In this document: piece after piece, positions 51,583 to 60,260 of the stretch | Layout: each line of letters begins with the position of its first letter | Numbering within the stretch: position 1 is the stretch's first letter | From: Camelus dromedarius | Lineage: Eukaryota | NCBI RefSeq assembly: GCF_036321535.1 | Contig: NC_087447.1 | Coordinates: 40,674,001 to 40,738,000 of the forward strand | DNA length: 64,000 nt | Direction of reading: 5' to 3' | Notes under the pieces: generated by a model | What the model saw: the letters and a program-made list of their open reading frames with translations, nothing else | Told to the model about the DNA's origin: nothing | Database searches by the model: none | Position numbers and translations under genes: made by a program

Positions 51583-51986
51583 TTTGAACTTATCTTTGCA
51601 GTTGAATTGGTATATCCTCTTTGTTCCTTTCTTCTTCCTTTTGTGGTTTGGTAATTTTCCTTTGTATTATCATGGATTTTATTTACTTTTTGTGACTCCT
51701 TTGTAAATTTTTGGCTTGTGGTTACCCTTTTTTGTAAATCTATCAACCCATTACTATAACTGTTTTTATTAAACTGATAGTAACATGATCTCAAACCCAT
51801 CCTACTGTTAAAAAAAATTAAAAAAGAAAGAAAAAAATATTCTATATTTCCCTGCCTCCCTCTCCCACTCTCAGTGACTTGTATGTCTTCTTTTATAATT
51901 TCATGTTTACTTTATTTGTAATTCATGAGTTATCACCTTTCCAGTTGTGTGTTTCTCATTTCTGTAGCATCCTGCTGCTTTTCTAT

Positions 51987-52889
51987 TTAGAATAGCCCTT
52001 TCAATATTTCTTTTAGCATGGGTTTAGTGTTGCTAAACTCCTGCAGCTTTTTTTTGTCTGTGAAACTCTTTATTTCTCCTTCTATCCTCAAGGATAGCCT
52101 TGCTGGATAAAGGATCCTAGGCTGCATCTTTTTTTCATTCAGGGCTTTGAATATATCTTGCCACTCCCTTCTGGCCTGTAGTGTTTGTGTAGAGAAATCA
52201 GCTGAGAGCCTTATGGGGGTTCCCTTGTAACTTACTCTTTGCTTTTCTCTTGCTGCCTTTAGAATCATTTCTTTATCCTTGACTCTGGCCATCTTGATTG
52301 TGATATGTCTTGGTGTGGGTCTATTTGGGTTCTTCCTGTTTGGGACCCTCTGAGCTTCCTGTACTTGGATATCTGATTCCTTCTTTAAGTTTGGGAAGTT
52401 TTCAGTCATGATTTCTTCAAAAACCTTTTCAATCCCCTTTGATCTTTCTTCTCCTTCTGGGACCCCTATTATGCGAAGATTGGGACGCTTTATATTATCC
52501 CATAGGTCCCTTATGCTATTTTCATTATTTTTTATTTGCTTCTCTTGTAGTTCTTCTGAATGGGTGCTTTCTATTGCTCTGTCTTCTAGATCACTAATTC
52601 GTTCCTCTGCATTATCTAGTCAGCTTTGCACAGCTATTAGATCATTCCTCATCTCTGTCAATGAGTTTACCCATTCTACTTGGCTCTTCTTTATAGCTTC
52701 AATTTCATTTTTGACATATTTTATATCTCTAAACACTATCTCTTTTAATTCCTTCAGCAATTCGATCACTCCTTTTTTGAAATCTTGATCTAGTAGGCTA
52801 TCGATGTCTATTTCGTTGATCTTTCTTTCAGGGGATTTCTCTTGTTCTTTTAATTGGGAAAGGTTTTTCTGCTTCTTCATCTTGCTCAT
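51987..52889 (-). pseudogene. L1 ORF1p (coiled coil, RRM, CTD), 300 codons with one in-frame premature TGA at 52620-52622
   Basis: Track ORFs 52620..52889 and 51987..52409 are in the same frame, and the gap reads open (*LDNAEERISDLEDR…WDNIKRPNLRIIGVPEGEE). Conserved motifs TPRHI, REKQ, ARREW and YPARLS are present. Confidence 0.96.
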
Positions 52890-54543
52890 ACCTCTTTGGC
52901 ACTGTGGTTTATGGAGTATCAGTTGTTTATTTTGGTCCTTAAGGATTTTATCTATCTGATGCCTATTTAGGAATAGAACTTAGGAAAAAAAGAAAAAAAA
53001 ATGAGAGAGAGAGAAAGAATTTTAAAAGAAGGGAGAAAGAGGGTTTGAAAACAGTGTATAATGAATAATGGAAGAGTGAGTTGAAGCAGAGTATTAATCG
53101 GGTTGAGATGTCCTTTTAAAACCTTTACAAAAAAGGGGTGGGGGGAGATGAATAGATGTATTTGAAACCTGTGTCTAATCAATAGCAGGACATCAAAACC
53201 CAAGAGAAATAGAAATGAATTAAGAAGTAAAGATTAAGAGAGTAATAGAAAATAGAACAGGTAAAAACAGATTTAAAAAAAAAAAAGGAGGGGGGTTGTC
53301 GGTGTTCTCCTGGAGTCTGTGTGCTTTTAATGTGAAGTCTTTCTGTCTTCGTCCTGTTTTGGAAGCTCAGCTTGCTGTTTTCAGAGGCCTTCCGTTGGCG
53401 CCCTCTTCTGTGCTGCTCCCAGCACCTGTCGGCAAGCAGATCGCGCCTCCTCCTAACACTGGGTCAGGTGCAGCTCTCTGCTGTGGGCGGGCGGGTCGCT
53501 GCCCCTCTGGATGCCGCAGTCAGATGTTGCAGACTGGCCAGGTAGGAGGGCGGGTCGTGCCCCCTCCCAGCACCTCGGTCAGGGGCTGTGTTCCTGCCCG
53601 AAAGGCGGGGAGGCCGCTCTCCCTCTACCTGCGCCGCCCGGTAGCTCCGCTCTCCGTGCGGCTGCGCGCTCCGCCCTGGTCGGCGCTCCGCGGGTGGGCT
53701 GGGGAAGACCGAGGGACAGCCCTGTCCCTGCTCCGAGCCAAAACCCAGCTCCTTGTTTGTCTTTGTGGAGCAAGTTCTCTGAGGGACCAGGATGGAAGGA
53801 TCCTATCTGCCCCGGGCTGCAGGCCAGTCTCAGTCTGGCCTTTGAGGCTGCTAAGCCCTTCTGTGCGGATGCAGGATGAGTGCTCAGCGCGGAGGATATG
53901 GCGGCTGGGCCTGAGCCCCGCCTCTCTTCCCCCGAAAATTTTCCGCGGGTTTTCAGAGATGGGGATGTGCACCCTTCCCCCGAGAGCACATCAACCTTGC
54001 TGTTTTATGGAGGGCCCAGGTTGTTCTGCCCTGTGCACCCACAGCCACGGCACGCAGCCCCTTGCCTTCCCCCGGGGCTGCCTCCGTGCAGCCACTTCCA
54101 TCCTCCGCCCGGCTTGTGCAGCCTGGCCCTGCCCGCCGCTGCCGGCCCGTGTCTCAGGCTGGGTGTCGGGGGGACGCTCTGTGCCCGTTTAACTTAGTTC
54201 TGTTAGTCAAGGGCAGCTCTGTACAGATCCGAGCCTCGGAGGCTCCCCCTCCGTCTGGCTGGCCTCTCAGTTGGAGAGGGGAGACCCAGCGAGCGAGCGC
54301 CAGTCCTCCTTTGCCGCTCCCTCCCCGCGGGACCCATCCCGCGCTGCTTTGCCTTTTGTTCTTTTTTTCCTTTTCTCCTACCACATTTTTGGCGTCTTTA
54401 TCTTTTGAAGAGGGCGATGTTCTGTCGGAGTTGCACAGGTGCTCTGGTTGGCTGAGTGGGTCTGTAGATGTGGGTCTTGGTGTATTTGTGGGAGAGGGTG
54501 ACCTGCGAGCGTCCTTCTACTCCGCCATCTTCTCCGTCTCTCT
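52890..54543 (-). promoter_or_regulatory. L1 5' UTR / internal Pol II promoter (1654 nt): CpG-rich part ~53380-54540, U-rich part ~52960-53290
   Basis: YY1 motif AAGATGGCG at 54531-54523, exactly +13..+21 from the TSD-defined 5' end (the same position as in human L1). High CpG density and several GGGCGG boxes. Confidence 0.9.
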
Positions 54544-56199
54544 TGTCTTCTTTATTTCTGATCCATCTTTTGGCAGCAACTTCCAACACTTCGGTGCTAA
54601 GGTTTGCTTTGTTTTGTTTTGCTTCCTAAGACCCAGACATAACTCTTCTTCCAGCTTTTGGGTAGAGTCGTTAATGATCAGTAAATAAGTAGTTGAGATG
54701 GGTCCATTAGTTCATCAGTGGGGGGCCAGGAAGCCTGGAACCTTCTGCAGGCTCCCCTGCAGACAGCTTCCCTCTGTGTTCCCAGCAGCTCAACCTCATG
54801 GTTGCTTAGTGTTTCCTCTGTTGGAGCTGGGTCCTCCCAGGGCCTTCTGAGGGGTGGGTGTGAGGCTTCTCTGGCTCAGGCTTGTGTCTCTTCCTGTCTT
54901 GCAACTGGATTTTCCTGCAGGAGGCTGTGAGCAGTAAGGATGTGTCAGTACAGCTCTCTGGAGGGGTGGCCAAGCCAAGGGACAGCTGCCCGCTCCCTCC
55001 TCAGGAGAGGCCTCTGGGCTTGGCTCCAGCTCTAGGCATGCATGGAAAGTTCTAGAAGGAGGCCATGGTCTGAGCATCTCTTTCTGGGAGGCTTGTCCCC
55101 CGGACAAAGTGATGGGAGGAGAAGAGTGTGGCTGCACTGCTGACTTAGCCACACTTTGGGGCAAGAGGAGCAGGGCAGATAAGAAGGGGGCTTCGATCAG
55201 TCTTGTGCCCTTGAGAGGGAGCCTCAGGTGTCCGATGTGAGGGCAGAACCACATGCTCCAGAGGGCTTTGTTCTCAGCACTGGGCCCTGCACAGAGCAGG
55301 TACACAGTTCTTGTTTCTCAGATGATGGAATTCATTCATTCAGCGTGACTGGAGTGCCTGCTCCCTGCCAGGCATGCTTTTATGCTGGGGAAAGAGCGGA
55401 GAACAAACAGCTAAGGCCCTGCCCTTGGGAAGCCTACATCCTGGGCTGAGAGAACAGGGGGCCCCAGGGCTCCCCCGAACTCTGATGGTGGGAGGGTGGG
55501 GGGATGTTGTGTACCCCTCCCAGCAAAGGAGTCCCAGAGTTTCCTGGAATTTCTGACTCGAGGGCTGGGGCAGGAGATCTGGCAATGCTGTCCAGGTGGG
55601 GACGATACCAAGAAATTAAAGAAGGTAGTAGCAGGGGTAAGGAGGGAAGGTCTACGCACCTACAGTGTGTGGGCTGGGGGCCAGATGCCTTCCATATGGT
55701 GTCAACTTTAATCCTCCCAGAGACCCAGCGAGGCCTTGTCATTATCGCCATTTATAGATTCGCGGAGAAGATGTGCCACTCCCCGAGGCACACATCTCAG
55801 AAGTGAAGATTGCCCTCCAGGTCAGTGGACACTGGTCCATCCAAAGAAGGGGCACTGTGTGAGGTCCCCAGAGGAGCCCTGCAGGATCTGGGGCCCCAAG
55901 GTTGTTTTTTCCAGCAACAGTGTTCATCTCAGCTGTGGATATGGGAGGTGGTGACACCCTGGCATCTCCCATCCTGCAGACTCAGGCCTCACGGAGCTGG
56001 TGTCGGCCCAGAACACTGGGTGGTGTTAAAATAGGGGGCCAGGCGTCCCTGGGGGATCCAATGAAATGAATGTGCAGCTGGAGGAGTAGCTTCCTCACCT
56101 GTCAGCCTTCCCAGCCCTGGTGTGGCCCTGGGGCTGCTGGCAGAGGGCGGCCTGCGTGCAGCACTGACCTTGTGCTCAGAGCCAGAACGGTCAAAGTGA

Positions 56200-56410
56200 C
56201 CCAACTGGAGTTTGAATTCCATCTCCATGGCTTGCTTTTTGTGTTGCCCTGAGCTAGTCACCCAGACTCTGCAAGCTTTGATTTCATCATCAGCAAAACA
56301 AGGTTGACCACGACTATAGCACAAGCTGTGATGAAAATGAACATAAATAAGACTGGGAAAGCACTGCACAGTGTCTGGCATGTAGTAAATGCTCAGTAAT
56401 CAGTGGCTGT
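56200..56410 (+). mobile_element. MIR SINE
   Basis: tttgaattccatctcc…atttcatcatcagcaaaac…aaagcactgcacagtgtctggcatgtagtaaatgctcagtaa. Confidence 0.7.
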
Positions 56411-57149
56411 CATGATTGATGTTAATGTATTATATTAGTATCAGATTATATTGCACTGTGCAGCTCGGGCTGGGCTGTAGGTCAGGGTTTATTCTGGTGG
56501 CCGAGACCTGTTTCCCAAGGATGCATGGTGCACAGAGACTCATGGCAAACAGAGCCGCCAGGTTTCATGGCAGAGGATTCCAAACTTCCATCAGAACACC
56601 TGGGGAACTTGGTACAGTCTCATGTTTGGGGTTGATATTCACTCCCATTTCTTCCTCCCTCCCCAGCGATTCCCATTCATGGGTCTGGAGTTCTGAATCT
56701 GCATGTTTTTAATAAAACCCTGAGATGGTTCCATTGCAGGAAGTCCAAGGACTAGGTTTTGGGCAGCATTGCTTTAAAAGCTGTTTCTCCAGCCCTGGCC
56801 AGCCTGGTGGCTGGCTCTCCTCCACGGCTGGGCTATTTCTGTCTAATCACTAGGAGCTGTCACCTCAAGTCAGCCTCCTCTTCCCTGGGCAGCCCCGGAG
56901 ACACACACGGACAGATCCTTTCTCCTCAGCTCCCTGTCTAGACACCATGCAGACCTACAAAATCTTTTCTCCTTAAAAATGTGATCACCTGTCCCTGGGC
57001 AAACACATTGTCTAAACTCGCTCCTAAGAAACATGGTTAGATAAAGGATTTTCTTTTTTCCTGACTTGGGAATCCATTTTCAAAGTGTTACAAAGGTATA
57101 ATGACATATCTTCCTTTATTTGTGTATTGAACGATCCCTAGTGAATTCA

Positions 57150-57340
57150 AGCTAGGGTGGCGCCGTGGTTAAACACACAGACTGTGACACTGGACTGCCT
57201 AGGTTTGAATCGCAGCTTTGTTCCTTGTTAGCTGTGTGACCGCGAGCAAGGTATGCAAACTTTCTGTGCCTCAGTTTCTTTATTTTTGGAATAGGTCTAA
57301 CCGTAGCATTTGTCCCCCAGAGTTGTTAGAAAAGTAAATA
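57150..57340 (+). mobile_element. MIR SINE
   Basis: gactgcctaggtttgaatcgcagct…ttagctgtgtgaccgcgagcaag…ctttctgtgcctcagtttctt. Confidence 0.8.
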
Positions 57341-59689
57341 GGAAGCTCAGGTAACGATGCTGACTGGCTTCAGCCAAGCCCTATTCTTTCCTGGCCCACC
57401 ATCCTGCTTTGAAGGAACGAACAAGCCACCAAGGCGGCGAAAGAAGCCCGATCTGACCACCACATATGAAGCGAAACATCATTTTGCTAAACCCCATTAG
57501 CAAACTCTGTAAGGCCTTGTCTTTGGAGAATCACTCTGCCTGTGATCTCTCTAAGTGACGTGCAGGGACCAGGGGACTTTTTCCTTTGTCTCAATTTTCA
57601 TTTCCAAGATAATGGAGTTGCTGAAGGTCTTGGCTGGTTTCCCTGATTAAAGAGCTATAGAGGAAGAATCTGATGTGGGGAAGGGAGGAATTAGCGGAGG
57701 CCAGCACAGCAGTGTCCAATCAGGTCTTTGGTGATGATGAAAGACAAGGGGAGGGAAGCCCCTCTCCCCTCGCCCCCTGCCCAGCCAGGCCAGCCTTGCC
57801 TCTGTGGGAAGCAGGGTAGCAGCGTGGCTTAGCACTGGGCCTCGGTGCAGACAGGCCTGGCTCGACAGCCGGGCCTGGTACCTGTTAGCGGCGTGGTCCT
57901 GGGGACTTTGCTAACCAGTCTAATCCTCCTCTGTAAAATAAAAACGATCACAGTACCTGTGTCACTGAGTTGTTGGATCAGGTTCAGCAAGGTGATATGT
58001 ATAAAGTGCCTGGACCTCACTAAAGGAAAGCTTTTATTATTTTTAACGCTGAGCGGTCTTTTTCCAAGGGCCCAATCTAGCCTGAGGTCTTTAAGAATTC
58101 AGATCTTTCCCTATACAGACCCCTTCAAAGAATAGTCCAGAATAGCTGGAAAGAGAACAGAGATCGAAAGGCCAGCTTGCTTGGACCAACCCATGAGTCA
58201 CTGTGTATGTGTTTAGATAGGAAGTGGGGGAGGGACCACCCTCCCCACGGTAAAGGTCCTCCTGGTGATTTCAGCTGACTCCTCTGAGTGCTCCCGAAGC
58301 AGTTGCAGGAAGTGAGGGAATGGGCAGAAACACATCTGAGCAGGCAGGCTGAGTGAGGCCCAAGGAGCAGGGCAGAGCTTGGCATGGCAGGTTGTCCCCA
58401 GGGTAGAGACAGAGTGAAGATGTGGGCTTGGCAGGAAATGCACTCACTGGGCAGGCTGGGTGGGCCTGGATCATGGAGGTGGTGGAGAAGGTCTGGAACA
58501 ATTTTCCAACAGGCAGCACCCTCACTTCCAAGGAGGAGGTCACTGCATGCCAGTCAGCAGGTGCACCTTGCAGGGCAGGCTGTGGGAGCTCAGAAGGCCT
58601 GGCCAATGGCAGCTGGACCGGCCATTGGGCTGGAGCAGGGCAGGGCTCTGCTCCCTGAGAAGGAGTGGCACAAGCTCAGGGCCCAGCCCTGGGAACTGGA
58701 GCCCATGGGAGCAGCCCTAGGGGTCAGCCCTAGGACATTGGAACTTGGCCCTGAAGGACAACAGAGGCAACACAGAAAAAATTACACAGGAGACCACACC
58801 CAGAGCTTTGCTGTGTGCCTCAAATCACATTATTTCAGATTTTCACACCAACCCAATGAAGAAAGTATTGTTATCACCATAATACTGATGAGTAAACTGA
58901 GGCTCATTTAAGTTCACTGACTTGCGCAGTATTCCAGAGCTGATCAGTGGCAAGACCAGAAATCCCCAGGTCTGCTTGTTCAGAATTTCATACTCTCATC
59001 CAGATGCCAGAGAGCCCAGGGCTTCAGCTGGCAGAACCAGGGTCTGCCTCACTGACAGCCGTCCTTACATTCTTTGTGTCACATAAAGAGCACCGCATTT
59101 TGGGCTGAGAGCTGCAGAGACCCTCACTGGGACTTTAGAAGGGAACTGATGGAACACTTCATCTAATCTCCTCAATTTAAAGATAAGAAAATGGAGGTTC
59201 AGAGAAGTTACCAGCCTTGCCTGGGATCACTCAGAAGACAATGGCAGAGCCAGGACCAGAACCTGGTCTGCTGGTTCCCCGCCCCACCTTGTCTTTACTT
59301 CCTCGAGCTGTTTTCCTCCCAAACTGAAGAAGAGATGGGCAGACTCATTACGGGGCACTGCTGCATAAGGAGCATCAACAGAATCAAACATTTAAAGGCC
59401 ACCAGCTTATCTCCCAGGACAGGTGGCAGGAGCAATTTGTCTCCTGTTACATTTGTAAACACAGCGTGGAGAACACATCAAGAAACCAGCAAGGGTTGCA
59501 CAGGTTCTATTTGTCTACTAATTAAAACAAGGGAAATGCCAGTGGAAAAGAAGATGGGTTGGGGAAAAGATGGGAGTTTTCAAGTCACACAAAGTGGCGG
59601 TAGTGTGGCAGTCCCATGTCTTTCTTGGGCAGGGATAGTCCTGCACCTTGGTGGGTGTGTGAATGGCTTTGGCTTGACTGCTGCGTTCT

Positions 59690-59830
59690 CATTTGTCTTC
59701 CTGACTGGTTAAACATCTTGAGGACAACAATGGGTCATATTTACCTTTGCATCAGCAGCACCCAGCACAGGGTCTGGCATAGAGTAGGTGTTTAGCGAGT
59801 GTTTGTTGAATGACTGAGTGACTAAATGAT
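59690..59830 (+). mobile_element. L2 LINE 3' end
   Basis: …cccagcacagggtctggcatagagtaggtgtttagcgagtgtttgttgaatgactgagtgactaaatga. Confidence 0.75.
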
Positions 59831-60049
59831 TGAAAACCGTTTTTCAAGGTAAGGATGAGACAAAATGGCTGGTCAGAGCTCTCCCCTTTTTTCATATTAC
59901 ACCTGCCATGAGCTCAATGCCTCCAGTTTGGGCCTACAGAGGGCCCTGGGAGATCCCACAGTCATCTTCTGCCTCTTTGAACGCCAGCCTCCCTTGGGAG
60001 CCATCACCTTGCTGTTAGGGAGCACCACTGGAGTCTGTTAGTGCTGACT

Positions 60050-60260
60050 AGCTGTAGTCAAGGGCTTGGACCAACTGGGGTCAGGTTGTCCCAGTTTGAG
60101 TCTTGGCTTCATCACTTTCCAGTTGTGTGACCTTGGGAAAGCTGCTTGACCTCTCTAAGCCTCTGTTTCCTTATCTGTAAAATCGGGGTCATAGCATTGG
60201 GGAACGATGAGGACAGAATGAGACAATGTACAGTTTTGGCACCTAGTAAGGGCTCAACCC
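60050..60260 (+). mobile_element. MIR SINE
   Basis: agttgtgtgaccttgggaaagctgcttgacctctctaagcctctgtttccttatctgtaaaatcgggg. Confidence 0.8.

Larger units (their letters stand above)
47453..54543 (-). mobile_element. Full-length young LINE-1 (~7.09 kb): 5' UTR, ORF1, 404-nt spacer, ORF2, 3' UTR, A-rich tail
   Basis: Perfect 16-bp TSD TGTCTTCTTTATTTCT at 47437-47452 and 54544-54559. AATAAA on the minus strand at 47482-47487. Near-intact ORF1 and ORF2, and a CpG-rich 5' UTR starting AGAGAGACGGAGAAGATGGCGG. Confidence 0.99.

Noticed and set aside
48291..52788. Long hydrophobic plus-strand ORFs (48291..48851, 49409..49765, 50357..50653, 51101..51706, 52408..52788) that look like membrane proteins
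   Set aside because: These are antisense shadows of the A-rich L1 coding strand. The F/L/I/S-rich composition is a known artefact.
57310..57356. Apparent 30-nt micro-exon (cccccag|…ctcag|gtaacg)
   Set aside because: It lies in the decayed tail of a MIR and its polypyrimidine tract is weak.
57483..57504. 8-bp inverted repeat TTTGCTAA-N6-TTAGCAAA (a similar 7-bp one lies at 59830-59847)
   Set aside because: Short inverted repeats of this size are expected by chance in 64 kb.
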